DNA from: a virus | Taxonomy: Duplodnaviria > Heunggongvirae > Uroviricota > Caudoviricetes | IMG/VR virus record: IMGVR_UViG_3300000944_000006 | Location: 18,380 to 82,379 of that record | Length of the DNA: 64,000 nt | Strand: one strand, 5' to 3' | Shown here: in pieces, positions 43,947 through 53,200 of the stretch | Numbering within the stretch: the stretch's first letter is position 1 | Layout of the letters: each line of letters opens with the position of its first letter | Notes under the pieces: model-generated | What the model was told of the DNA's origin: nothing | What the model saw: only the letters and a program-made list of their open reading frames with translations | Database searches by the model: none | Program-made: the position numbers and the translations under genes

Positions 43947-44813
43947 TTACTTCGTCAGACTCCAAAATTTATTCATAAGTATATTGAAGTCTTTAGACGT
44001 TCCTGTATTAACAATCTTTTCTACATTAGCAATTGCCTTAGGCGACTTAAGTTGTTTGAAAACTTGCGTCACAAGATTGGCAGATTGCGCGTCTACCAAA
44101 ACTTCTTTCTTATCAGAAAATTTAATTTTCATTGCTTGGTGACGCTTTGTGATATCAAAGATTTGGTTAAGATTTGTGTCTTTAGTTTCGTTTAAAGATT
44201 CTTGCAAAAGGTCTTTTTCTTTAAGAAGTGCTTTTACTCTTTTAATAACATCAGAATCTGTGATAGAATCGGTTTTATATTGTTGGTTTAATTCTCCAAC
44301 TTTTGTACTAACCATAAATTTATTTTTTATGAAATTATTAAGCATTTTAGCGGTTGCGACTTTTTTTGAATCTGTCATGCCAATAAAAATTTTAAACTTT
44401 TTTAAAGATATTGCTCCTGCAAAGTAGTCATCCATAGCCATTAAAGCGCCTTTACTATCTACACCATAATTACCACTTGTTTTGAAGTTTTTTGTTTGTG
44501 CTATTATTTTAGATTCGTTTAACATAGACGATTGAACGACTTTACCAGTTCCTTCCTTCACTTCTTCTAAACGACTTTCAAAAAGTTTCGTAGGAAATGT
44601 AAATCCGTCATATTCGTATTTTTCTGTTTTATTTTCTTCGTTCATTTTTTTATTTTTCCAAGTAGCTATTACTTTACCTTTATCTAACAAGTTTACAACT
44701 TTATGTAGACCAATTTTAGCATGGTCAAATTCAACTTTTGCCATACGTCCTATAGAAAATGTTCCTAACGACTTCGTTTCACCGTATTTGTCGGTTGCTT
44801 TTACCTCATACAT
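43947..44813 (-). CDS. structural-module protein related to the downstream leader-bearing trio (shares the LG-x-x-G repeat unit), lacks the N-terminal leader
   Basis: Start set at MYEVKATDKYGE. Segment KYGETKSLGTFSIGRMAKVEFDH resembles EKYFLGVKGHSGTAMLFEYN of the 44818 gene. Confidence 0.45.
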   Translation of the reverse strand: MYEVKATDKYGETKSLGTFSIGRMAKVEFDHAKIGLHKVVNLLDKGKVIATWKNKKMNEENKTEKYEYDGFTFPTKLFESRLEEVKEGTGKVVQSSMLNESKIIAQTKNFKTSGNYGVDSKGALMAMDDYFAGAISLKKFKIFIGMTDSKKVATAKMLNNFIKNKFMVSTKVGELNQQYKTDSITDSDVIKRVKALLKEKDLLQESLNETKDTNLNQIFDITKRHQAMKIKFSDKKEVLVDAQSANLVTQVFKQLKSPKAIANVEKIVNTGTSKDFNILMNKFWSLTK

Positions 44814-44817
44814 TTGA

Positions 44818-45156
44818 TTACAAAAACTTCTTAAGGATAGAAGATGTTTTCTTAGTGAGAACAATATCACTATATCTTTTGTTGTTATATTCAAAAAGCA
44901 TAGCTGTTCCGCTATGACCTTTAACACCTAAAAAATATTTTTCACCCACTTCTAAAACAACTGAATTTTTATTTTCTTCTACTTTGTCACCTTTAAAATT
45001 TTTAAAACGAATTGGTTTCCCTACACGACCTTTGTTTAATTTCACATACATGTCGCGTAAATCTAAGTCTGTTTTAATGTTTTCTCTCAAAACGTCTTCA
45101 TCGTCATTATTTGATGAACGCATTTCTACAAGATGTTGTTTAATATTCTTTGTCAT
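44818..45156 (-). CDS. putative capsid-targeted internal protein 1 (N-terminal MTKNIKQHLVE/MR leader)
   Basis: N-terminus conserved with the 45376 and 45671 genes and ends in L-x-E, the T4 prohead protease cleavage motif. Confidence 0.5.
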   Translation of the reverse strand: MTKNIKQHLVEMRSSNNDDEDVLRENIKTDLDLRDMYVKLNKGRVGKPIRFKNFKGDKVEENKNSVVLEVGEKYFLGVKGHSGTAMLFEYNNKRYSDIVLTKKTSSILKKFL

Positions 45157-45164
45157 GTTATTTC

Positions 45165-45374
45165 CTATCCTTCTTCATCACTCACGCACAATTCGCTCTG
45201 TGGATTATCTTCGCAGAATAATCTTGCACCGTAAGGGGCTGTGATTGTAGTGTTATCTCTTATGGCAGTATCTTCACTACTTCCTTTGGTTGTGGCACAC
45301 CCTAATGAAGACGCTGCAACCATAAGACAAACGAATAAAAAACAAAGTGATTTTAATTTAAAATTCTTGAACAT
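45165..45374 (-). CDS. small lipoprotein
   Basis: Signal peptide with lipobox SSLGC. Confidence 0.45.
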   Translation of the reverse strand: MFKNFKLKSLCFLFVCLMVAASSLGCATTKGSSEDTAIRDNTTITAPYGARLFCEDNPQSELCVSDEEG

Positions 45375-45375
45375 G

Positions 45376-45696
45376 TTATTTCCTAAATATTCTTCCAGAA
45401 TTAAAGATTATACCTTCGTCTTTAAGATAATCTTTATAGTGCGAATACTCTTCTACAAATTCATCATAAGCCTTTTCGACTTTTTTTATGCGATTTAAAG
45501 CTTTACGTGACTTTCTAACTTTAAATTCTTTTTTAAGATTTTGTACATCTTTTCTAAGTTCGAAAACTACGTTGTCAAATTTTTCGACAACGTTATCACC
45601 AGAAATCCCGTTAGTTAAACCTTCATCAAGACGTATTTCTGCAAGATGTTCGTGGATTTTCTTTGTCATGTTATTTTTGATTCTCTTCTTTAACAT
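45376..45696 (-). CDS. putative capsid-targeted internal protein 2 (MTKKIHEHLAE/IR leader)
   Basis: Shared N-terminal leader. Confidence 0.5.
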   Translation of the reverse strand: MLKKRIKNNMTKKIHEHLAEIRLDEGLTNGISGDNVVEKFDNVVFELRKDVQNLKKEFKVRKSRKALNRIKKVEKAYDEFVEEYSHYKDYLKDEGIIFNSGRIFRK

Positions 45697-46660
45697 ATTC
45701 AGGTGTTTTATAATTAGATTTAGTGTTTTTATTACCTAGCATATATGCTTCGCCAAGTGCGTCTTGAACAGACGGGGAAAACTTTAATTTATATTTCTTT
45801 GCGATTTTTTCCAAAGCGTCACTAAAGGAAACTTTCTTACCTTCGTTCAAAGTACCATCACTTTTTTGCTTTTTAGCGACTTTAGGATTATCAACAACAC
45901 GTCCAACAGCAGCTTTACGTGCAACATGAACTTGGTAGCCGTTGCGACCAATAATTCCATAACCTTTACGCGACTTTAAGAAGTTGTTTGCATCACTTTC
46001 TGTGTTGAAACAATATGTCTGATACATTTTACCATCTTTTTTAAATACGGAACGAACATCACCATCAGAAGCAGATTGTATTTTATTCCATTCCGTAGGT
46101 TTTACAGGTTCGTTTTCGTCAAGAGAAACTTCTTCTTTGAAGTATTCAACTTTACTGTGCGAAATCATTTGACGATAATTACCAGATTTTTTAGGATAGT
46201 CTCTTTCACTTACGCGCGAAGGATTAATTTCTTTCCAAGAATTATTTTGCTTTCCAAGAAATTCGCCTAGTGCATTAGCATTTTTAAAAACTTTAACTTT
46301 ATATCTAGGACGACGACCACTTACAGTCATTTTTTCAAATTCTTTTTCTGCGGCATAAAATTTATTCTCGTTCAGATACCCATCATCAGATTGTTTGACA
46401 GTTACGTTATCACCGCCTTCATTATCTTTAGCAACATGTATCATTTCACCTTGTTTGCCAATAACACCAAGCTTATCACCGCCATTACCAACGATTTTTT
46501 CTATATATGAATTAGCAGCAGATTCGGAATTAAATTTAATAGTATCAAAGATTTTACCATTCTTTTCGAATGTTGACGTAACGCCACAATCAATTTTTTC
46601 TTTGTTAGGGGATTTCTTTGCAGAACGCATTTCCCAAAGGTGTTCGCGAATATTCTTCAT
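45671..46660 (-). CDS. putative capsid-targeted internal protein 3 (MKNIREHLWE/MR leader) with internal duplication
   Basis: Shared leader. Two internal repeats (FDTIKFNSESAANSYIEK...IHVAKDN and YQTYCFNTESDANNFLKS...VHVARKA). Confidence 0.5.
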   Translation of the reverse strand: MKNIREHLWEMRSAKKSPNKEKIDCGVTSTFEKNGKIFDTIKFNSESAANSYIEKIVGNGGDKLGVIGKQGEMIHVAKDNEGGDNVTVKQSDDGYLNENKFYAAEKEFEKMTVSGRRPRYKVKVFKNANALGEFLGKQNNSWKEINPSRVSERDYPKKSGNYRQMISHSKVEYFKEEVSLDENEPVKPTEWNKIQSASDGDVRSVFKKDGKMYQTYCFNTESDANNFLKSRKGYGIIGRNGYQVHVARKAAVGRVVDNPKVAKKQKSDGTLNEGKKVSFSDALEKIAKKYKLKFSPSVQDALGEAYMLGNKNTKSNYKTPEYVKEENQK

Positions 46661-46715
46661 TTTATGTCTAAAGCCTTTTTATATTAAAATACATTATATA
46701 TTTATAATGTTTATT

Positions 46716-47063
46716 TTATTGGCTTGAAAGACCTTGAAGAATCGCTGATTGAATGCCTGCTACATCGCCCGCAAGGATAAGATTATCGAAAGCACCACTT
46801 TTAACTTGTGCTTCTATTGTTTTATAAGTGCTTTCAAAGTTAATAAGGACACGCTTTGTGCCTTCTTCAAGAACAACACCTGTGATAAAATCTGCTGCAA
46901 AGGCTTCAATATATTGTGTATATGTAACAGGATTAAGCATCAAAGGATAGACGCCTTCTTCATCTGGGTCTTTCGATGTATCTTCTATTTCAAAAGACCA
47001 TCCACGACTGATTGCTAGGATAATTGCTATATTATCTGGTAATTCGAAAGAAATTTCTGCCAT
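46716..47063 (-). CDS. hypothetical structural-module protein (115 aa)
   Basis: ORF in the late block. Confidence 0.45.
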   Translation of the reverse strand: MAEISFELPDNIAIILAISRGWSFEIEDTSKDPDEEGVYPLMLNPVTYTQYIEAFAADFITGVVLEEGTKRVLINFESTYKTIEAQVKSGAFDNLILAGDVAGIQSAILQGLSSQ

Positions 47064-47069
47064 ATTATA

Positions 47070-48596
47070 TTACGCCTGTACCCATGTGTCTGTTCCACCA
47101 CTATTTATAACTCTTCTATATAGTATTCCATCATCACCTTCGCGAATTTCTGCCCGAATAGCTTCTGGTGTCCATCCAAGCATAAGAGTTTCATCGTCAT
47201 TATCTGCAATACCCACAGAAGTTGTTCCGTTTTGACTTCTTATAGAAATTGTCTCTTGGAAATGGTCTGCGCCATTTTGAACAACAACAGTAATAGGTAC
47301 GTTAGCAATAATTACACCTGCGCCTAACGTACCTACAAGTGTATTTGTGGCTTCTGCGTCATTTGATATTAGACCTGCTGTAGGATGATTTTGGTCTTCT
47401 TTAGAATTAACTGTGACATTTGTACGATTAAGTGGTACGGTATATCTTAACACTAAAGAACTTGTTGCTGCATCCCATTCATAGACTTTAGCTTCACCTA
47501 CATATGGTGATGCAATAGCAACACCTGAATTGCCCCCATCGCCATTGTCGGCAATATAAAATGGTTGTGCAACAACTTGTGACATAGCTGTAACAGGCAT
47601 AGCAGGTGATGCTTCAAGACCTGCACTATCTGCGCCTGAATACCATGTACCAAGACCATTAATAAGTGTTCTTGTAGCGCCATTTGGTTCGTAATCTGAA
47701 TCTGTTGCGCCTGTGATAGAATCAATAGGTTGTGGCGATGCAGGATTTACAGTAAAACTTCCACTCACACCGTCCCTAACATAATAGTTGAAAACAGTTC
47801 CTGAAAAAGGTGCTGAAGCGTCACCAGAACGCGGCCAAGATATTAAATCATTTGATAGTGGCATGATAAGACGGCTATCATAATATTGATTAGAATCCAT
47901 ATTTGCGTTTGTACATGCCATGACGGGATTAGCCCCTTCAAGAATATATTCACGAACGCCTGTGCCGTGCAATTCGATATATTCCCAAGGGGCTAGTTTT
48001 ATATCTTCTTGTCCGTCAATTGTATTACCAAAACCGTCTGTTAATTTAATTGTATTTGCAAGAGGGCCGTTAACAACATGTATCAAACCTTCGTTTAAAT
48101 TTGTATTAGAACCAAAGTTTCTAAACCCAAAGAAGAATGTAAAATCAAAACCTAAACCGTATGACAATAGTGGCATAGGCGATTCATTACTGCCTGTAAC
48201 TTGGTCAGAAACACCATAAAAACCTTGTGTAGATGTGATGATAGCGCCATTAGAAAGACCTGTAAAAACGATAGGTTCGCCAAGAGACATAAATTCTCGA
48301 TAAAGAACGTTCCCCGCATTAAAGTCTGCGCCAGATGCATAAACTTCTATTGTATTTCCGTTTCCTAAAGAGACGCCTTGAACTTTACCAGTGTCCGTGT
48401 AACCAACAGCCAAAACAGTTAGCGCAGGTTGCCCTGCATTTGCTAAAAGCTGTTGTTCAAGACCTAGTGTAGACCCTGAAGCAATATCTCCTACATCAGA
48501 AATAAGTGCTACAGGGTTTTCGACAGTTGCAGCAGGATTTCCACCCACTTCAAATGCCGATGTACCGTCTTTAGTAATATCGACTAAAGAACGCAT
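47070..48596 (-). CDS. putative tail fibre/structural protein (Gly/Ser/Thr/Asn-rich, 508 aa)
   Basis: Composition and size typical of fibre proteins. Much higher GC and small-residue content than neighbouring genes. Confidence 0.45.
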   Translation of the reverse strand: MRSLVDITKDGTSAFEVGGNPAATVENPVALISDVGDIASGSTLGLEQQLLANAGQPALTVLAVGYTDTGKVQGVSLGNGNTIEVYASGADFNAGNVLYREFMSLGEPIVFTGLSNGAIITSTQGFYGVSDQVTGSNESPMPLLSYGLGFDFTFFFGFRNFGSNTNLNEGLIHVVNGPLANTIKLTDGFGNTIDGQEDIKLAPWEYIELHGTGVREYILEGANPVMACTNANMDSNQYYDSRLIMPLSNDLISWPRSGDASAPFSGTVFNYYVRDGVSGSFTVNPASPQPIDSITGATDSDYEPNGATRTLINGLGTWYSGADSAGLEASPAMPVTAMSQVVAQPFYIADNGDGGNSGVAIASPYVGEAKVYEWDAATSSLVLRYTVPLNRTNVTVNSKEDQNHPTAGLISNDAEATNTLVGTLGAGVIIANVPITVVVQNGADHFQETISIRSQNGTTSVGIADNDDETLMLGWTPEAIRAEIREGDDGILYRRVINSGGTDTWVQA

Positions 48597-48605
48597 GGCA
48601 GTTTA

Positions 48606-49265
48606 TTACGCTAGTACGATAACACGTATTTCGTTTGTAGAAGGTGCTACAGCGAAAGATACGTCCACCGTGTTTGCATCTACACGTGTAGAATCTGCAA
48701 TGACAGTTTCGCCAGTAGCAACGTCTACGAACTGTACCATAACATCAAGTGTTGCAAGGTTATGCGTAAGTGTATAAGATGTTAACGAACCATCACCAAC
48801 AGTTTCTTGATAACGTTTGATAGACAGAATATTTGCAATATCGTCTTCGTTATCACGAATAAGTGCTGTAAATTCAGCAATTGTATCAACAGTTGCATCG
48901 ACAGCATCATTTGTAAATGCGGCTGTAATACGACCATCAATAACAGTTACAAGGTCTGTGATTTGGGCAGATGTGTGTGTATGACCTACAAGCGCGAACG
49001 CAGAAGGTTCAAGACCACGGAATAAGTCAGCATCGAGGCCAGAGCCTTGTCCATCAACAGTTAAAAGCGCATTAAGAATATCTGTTGCAGGCATGTCGCC
49101 TGAAATTGGATTCCACTGAACACCGTCTGCATATTTGATAAGACTTTCCGTTGTATTATAATAAATACGGCCTGCTGTTGGTACGGCAGGGTCTGTTGGT
49201 AGGTTTTCGAGAACAAGATTCAATATTGAATTTAGAACCATGTCCAATTTAGTTAAGTGTCTCAT
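48606..49265 (-). CDS. putative tail fibre protein with tail-collar-like GHTHT motif
   Basis: ALVGHTHTSAQITDL resembles the conserved G-x-H-x-H segment of phage tail-collar fibre domains. Confidence 0.4.
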   Translation of the reverse strand: MRHLTKLDMVLNSILNLVLENLPTDPAVPTAGRIYYNTTESLIKYADGVQWNPISGDMPATDILNALLTVDGQGSGLDADLFRGLEPSAFALVGHTHTSAQITDLVTVIDGRITAAFTNDAVDATVDTIAEFTALIRDNEDDIANILSIKRYQETVGDGSLTSYTLTHNLATLDVMVQFVDVATGETVIADSTRVDANTVDVSFAVAPSTNEIRVIVLA

Positions 49266-49281
49266 TTTTTAATTTTCCTTT

Positions 49282-49629
49282 TTAATCGACTCTTGCTGTT
49301 CCCATCACAGGAATTGAAAAAACAACGGTTGTAATGTTTTCGTTGTCATGTGTTATTTCGCCTATAATCTGCTTGCCGTTTTCGTCATAAATCGTCACAT
49401 CAGCAATGTGACCACGATTATGAACGAGCGTCCAAATAGTTGAAGGTGTCTCTTGTATATATATAAAAGGTAATGCGACTTGCGGTTGTGTAAACTGTGT
49501 TTGCGCTAATACCGATACTACTTTTGCAGAAACTTTCATAGAACGTCTTCGCAGCATAAGCTTACCTGCTTTACCTACAAATTCACCAGATGCTTGATAA
49601 TATGCGGATAATTTACCAGACCCTGACAT
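49282..49629 (-). CDS. hypothetical late protein (115 aa)
   Basis: ORF abutting the next gene (shared nucleotide). Confidence 0.45.
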   Translation of the reverse strand: MSGSGKLSAYYQASGEFVGKAGKLMLRRRSMKVSAKVVSVLAQTQFTQPQVALPFIYIQETPSTIWTLVHNRGHIADVTIYDENGKQIIGEITHDNENITTVVFSIPVMGTARVD

Positions 49630-49943
49630 TATCGAGTAATACCTTCTATAATTTCAAAACTATCTGTTTCTGTACGAATTTCGCCACCCGCAGGACTTGT
49701 TAATTTTATATCAATAAAAACTTTTCCAAGGGGCCATTCATCAGTGTTTGCAAAATGCAATTGACAGACACAATTAGTAGCATCTAACCAAGCAAAATCT
49801 AAGTCTGCGACAAGATTCAATCCATCTGTTCGTATTTGTGATTCGCCTGTCCATCCCGTAAGGTCTGCCAGTGTTTCATTATCTATTGTCTGAACTTGTA
49901 TTTCACCTATGAATGAAAATGTATCGCCTCTTTTAAATTGCAC
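49629..49943 (-). CDS. hypothetical late protein (104 aa), GTG start
   Basis: First gene after the late promoter. GTG at 49941-49943 preceded by AAGG. Confidence 0.45.
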   Translation of the reverse strand: MQFKRGDTFSFIGEIQVQTIDNETLADLTGWTGESQIRTDGLNLVADLDFAWLDATNCVCQLHFANTDEWPLGKVFIDIKLTSPAGGEIRTETDSFEIIEGITR

Positions 49944-49973
49944 AGAAAACCTTATAAAATATACTTATGTCTG

Positions 49974-49981
49974 TATTTATA
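49974..49981 (-). promoter_or_regulatory. T4-type late promoter TATAAATA driving the leftward structural block
   Basis: Exact TATAAATA on the minus strand 30 nt upstream of the GTG start. Confidence 0.45.
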
Positions 49982-50000
49982 AAAGCAATTTAAACTTCCC

Positions 50001-50029
50001 TTGACAAAAGTATATTTTTTGAATAGTAT
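50001..50029 (+). promoter_or_regulatory. sigma70-like early promoter TTGACA-N17-TAGTAT
   Basis: Perfect -35 hexamer, 17-nt AT-rich spacer, good -10. The gene starts 31 nt downstream with GGAAGGA. Confidence 0.6.
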
Positions 50030-50060
50030 TGTTTTAAAATTGTATTGGAAGGATATTATT

Positions 50061-50711
50061 ATGGGCGGTTCTGTTAATGTAGCTATTCGATTAAAAAATG
50101 GCGAAGCATTTTGTGTTGAACGTTGGACTAACAATATTCCATTTTGGCTTATAAACCATGAAATGTATGTTGATGATAAACATGCCGTGAAATATCTATC
50201 AATGACGTTAGAAAATGACCCTAAAGTAGACAAATATTGCACAGGCAAACCACAGCGTTTATGCAATAGTTCATACGGAATTATTATTTTTGATTATGTC
50301 ACAAATACTATTATTGATAATAATGAATATTCACACCTTAACCGAATATCATCAATAAGTTCTTTCGAGAGAGGGTATTCAAAAGATATGAAAGAAACCA
50401 AATATAAAATACACGACCATGTTAAGGGTCTTATAGAAGCAGGTCGTATAAAAGACATATTGAAATGGAATAATACCCCAATCATAAAAAATCCTACTAA
50501 AACACAAGTCTATGATTTTCTTGAAAAAGAAAAACATGATAGATTCGAAAAAAGCGGATATTTGATGATTAACACAAACCCTATGATGTATTGTCAATAT
50601 CCTAGTAATCACAACAAAGGCTCTTTCAAACTAATCAAAAAACATTTGAAGGATATAAATTTCCCTATGAATAAATCACAGGGACTTAATAAAACTAAAT
50701 GGATAAAATAA
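50061..50711 (+). CDS. hypothetical protein (216 aa)
   Basis: Start set at the ATG at 50061 (MGGSVNVAIRLKNGEAF). Confidence 0.55.
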   Translation: MGGSVNVAIRLKNGEAFCVERWTNNIPFWLINHEMYVDDKHAVKYLSMTLENDPKVDKYCTGKPQRLCNSSYGIIIFDYVTNTIIDNNEYSHLNRISSISSFERGYSKDMKETKYKIHDHVKGLIEAGRIKDILKWNNTPIIKNPTKTQVYDFLEKEKHDRFEKSGYLMINTNPMMYCQYPSNHNKGSFKLIKKHLKDINFPMNKSQGLNKTKWIK

Positions 50712-50854
50712 CATGAAGCTATTTATTGAGTGTCTTATTTCTTCATTATACATAAAAGTTATCTGGGGAAAACGATGTTCGACATATGAAGAATCATGTA
50801 TAGTTTGCGAAAAGTGGAAAGAACATGACGAAATGTTCGAATAATATATAAATA

Positions 50855-50935
50855 AAAATAAATCAAAATAAGTGTTGCAATACACAACAGTCTATGCTAC
50901 ATAATGATTGTAGAAACGATTTGGGAGAATCAAAA
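50855..50935 (+). promoter_or_regulatory. early promoter/leader cassette copy B (TTGCAA, palindrome TGTTGCAATACACAACA, leader identical to copy A)
   Basis: The 32-nt leader ATGATTGTAGAAACGATTTGGGAGAATCAAA is identical to copy A. The upstream 34 nt are identical to copy D. Confidence 0.65.
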
Positions 50936-51100
50936 ATAACTGAATATACAGATTTAAAAGCGAACGTTATTAAAGGTGTTATATCTTCATTAACAAAAAA
51001 AGGTCTGTTGTTCGATGCATATGGCGACCACGAAAGCAAAAAAGTTCTGAACTGGATTTCAGACAAAGGTATTGATGCTTATTACGAAAACTTTGGTTAA
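50936..51100 (+). CDS. ORF downstream of cassette copy B whose expected ATG is ATA (start uncertain; possibly defective)
   Basis: Where copy A has ...GGGAGAATCAAATATGGC, copy B has ...GGGAGAATCAAAAATAACT. The only in-frame ATG (50894) lies inside the promoter -10 region. Confidence 0.3.
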   Translation: MTEYTDLKANVIKGVISSLTKKGLLFDAYGDHESKKVLNWISDKGIDAYYENFG

Positions 51101-51112
51101 AGAAAGCGAGAA

Positions 51113-51361
51113 TTGACTATGAAAATATTATTTCAAATGGCATGTGTCATTATAGGTGTTCTTTTAGCATTGCTATACCAAGCAAACGAAGAACTTTCTA
51201 CATCAGTAGATTTTGTAAAACTATCTGAACATGCATCAGAAGTTAATAAAAAAGAATGGTGTGAAATTTTAACGTCGATAGAAGATGAAGAATTAGGGCA
51301 GAAAATTTACAGCATAAATTCGGATTTGTCTTTTTGTTTTGTAAGTGTAACTATATACTAA
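51113..51361 (+). CDS. small membrane-anchored protein (82 aa)
   Basis: N-terminal TM ILFQMACVIIGVLLALLY. Confidence 0.4.
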   Translation: MTMKILFQMACVIIGVLLALLYQANEELSTSVDFVKLSEHASEVNKKEWCEILTSIEDEELGQKIYSINSDLSFCFVSVTIY

Positions 51362-51501
51362 GTTATGAGAAAAAGTTACAAATATAATTTTGAAGGCGTT
51401 ACTATGAAAGCAACAGCCATATCAAAAGAAGACGCTTTGAAAAAGATAAAACTATTTTATCCAGAAGCGTCTTCTAAAGATGTTAAGCAGGTTAGCCGTA
51501 G

Positions 51502-51813
51502 TTAAATACTTTCATAAGTTTTCTCGAAGATATCGCTTCGACATGGATATAATTCACCTTCCACACCACGTATGATATAATCGTTTTCAGAAACTTTCAT
51601 GTTTCCTTCTAGCGTGGTGATGTATATGTCACCTTCTTCAATTTTATAAAGTGCGTTATTGTCAATAATAAACGCCATCACTTCTTTAGAATTTTCAAGA
51701 CGATTTTGAATTGCCTGTATAACAACAGGTCTTTTGCGATAATTGTTAATCATATATGTAGTCATTTCCTTGTTCTTTATATTTTCTTTTATATTTTCTA
51801 CCAACCTTTTCAT
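51502..51813 (-). CDS. hypothetical protein (103 aa)
   Basis: ORF. Confidence 0.4.
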   Translation of the reverse strand: MKRLVENIKENIKNKEMTTYMINNYRKRPVVIQAIQNRLENSKEVMAFIIDNNALYKIEEGDIYITTLEGNMKVSENDYIIRGVEGELYPCRSDIFEKTYESI

Positions 51814-52423
51814 AAGTCAAAGTATCACCAGAAGGATGGTAATATGATGTGATTGATGATTTTGCCTGTCCATAATACTCATTAGAAAAAATGTACCAAG
51901 CATAATTATGTCTTGGTGAAGACGACTCTGGCGTTTTTTCTACCCATAACGGACGTTTTTGTATGACTATCTTATGAGCAAAATAATCGCTATTAAAAAT
52001 GTCGTTACGCTTCCCTGCACAGTCCCATTCGTTTCTTAGAAGAACCGACATGGTTACGTTTCGTGCAGAATTACGATACTTGGAAAGAACCTTTAATCCT
52101 TCACGAACAAATTTTTCAGATTGGTCAAACGGGGGATTTGTAATTATATCATAATATCCCTTCTTCACGCCATATTCAGGGTCTTCAAAATAATCAACGC
52201 CACTTTTTAAATCCGTAGACAAGACATCATAACCACGATTTTTTAGATATGTTGTAATGTGCTTACCGCCCGCGCAAGGTTCCCAAATCTTACCTTTACT
52301 CGGAGTATATTTACCCGCATGAGCATATAAAGAATCCATAAGAATTATGTCGCGTGAGTAATAAGCTTCATTTTGTATTCGGTCAAAATTTGATTTAACC
52401 ATTGCTTTATCAGTATATGTCAT
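51746..52423 (-). CDS. DNA N6-adenine (or N4-cytosine) methyltransferase, Dam-like
   Basis: EPCAGGKH (motif I, AdoMet-binding glycines) and ITNPPF (catalytic (D/N)PP(F/Y) motif IV). Confidence 0.55.
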   Translation of the reverse strand: MTYTDKAMVKSNFDRIQNEAYYSRDIILMDSLYAHAGKYTPSKGKIWEPCAGGKHITTYLKNRGYDVLSTDLKSGVDYFEDPEYGVKKGYYDIITNPPFDQSEKFVREGLKVLSKYRNSARNVTMSVLLRNEWDCAGKRNDIFNSDYFAHKIVIQKRPLWVEKTPESSSPRHNYAWYIFSNEYYGQAKSSITSYYHPSGDTLTYEKVGRKYKRKYKEQGNDYIYD

Positions 52424-52578
52424 ATTATTTTTTCAGCAGTCTTCGAGAAACTTCACGTAAAATATCTGTGTCAATTTTTCTTGGCACATGTATTCCACTT
52501 GGATTATCTATGTCAGTTGTTCCAAGAAGATATCTAACAAGTCGTTCGTTTGAACATTTACTATAAGTTCTTCCGTAG

Positions 52579-52770
52579 CTATCTGGCATTATTACTGTTC
52601 ATCTTTCTAATTTTTTTTATTTTATTTTTTATTTTAAAATTTAATTTGTGATATTTCCACAAATACCTTGCAAAATCTATAGCAAAAAATGCAATGATTA
52701 TTGCAAGATATATTAAAGATATATCGTCAAAATTAGTAACGCTTACCGCCTTCTTTTGTACGATTTTCAA
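52579..52770 (-). CDS. small membrane protein
   Basis: TM segment LIYLAIIIAFFAIDF. Confidence 0.35.
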   Translation of the reverse strand: MKIVQKKAVSVTNFDDISLIYLAIIIAFFAIDFARYLWKYHKLNFKIKNKIKKIRKMNSNNAR

Positions 52771-53194
52771 GTTTATGGTCTGGACGATTAGCGTTAAACT
52801 TCATCTTATCGCTTAATGCGCTTTCAGAAGCATCTCCAAGACCTTCCTGTTCATCAAGCTTTCCAAGAAGGTCAAATGTACGAATAAGTACATCACATAA
52901 TTCCACACGTAGCATAGAATATTGTGGCAATTTATCGTCTTGAAGACCTTTTCTATCCCCTTCCATTGCTTCCGCAACTTCTGAAACAATAAGCATAAGC
53001 TTTTCTGGAACCTTATCAAAGACATCCATATCCGCGCCTGTAGCAAGGTCTGTCCACCAACCTGCTTCTTTAGATGCACCATAACAAGCTGCTTTAAGGT
53101 GCTGTGCAGAAATGTATATAGAATAGTATTTAGCCTGTTCTGCTGTCATATCATTCATACCATTCATATCTTCAGAATCTTTTTTATACGTCAT
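52733..53194 (-). CDS. MazG-like nucleoside triphosphate pyrophosphohydrolase
   Basis: EVAEAMEG (E-x-x-E-x-x-E) and ELCDVLIRTFDLL (E-x-x-D) all-alpha NTP-PPase motifs. Confidence 0.5.
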   Translation of the reverse strand: MTYKKDSEDMNGMNDMTAEQAKYYSIYISAQHLKAACYGASKEAGWWTDLATGADMDVFDKVPEKLMLIVSEVAEAMEGDRKGLQDDKLPQYSMLRVELCDVLIRTFDLLGKLDEQEGLGDASESALSDKMKFNANRPDHKLENRTKEGGKRY

Positions 53195-53200
53195 ATTTTT

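Noticed and set aside
47498-48340. Short ORFs inside and antisense to the 508-aa fibre-like gene (47498..47725, 47920..48219, 48152..48340), and similar shadows inside nrdA, nrdB, NAMPT and primase
   Set aside because: They are embedded in longer, motif-supported genes on the other strand or frame. Typical spurious six-frame output.
49952-50266. 104-aa minus-strand ORF
   Set aside because: It spans the divergent promoter region and runs antisense to the well-supported gene starting at 50061.
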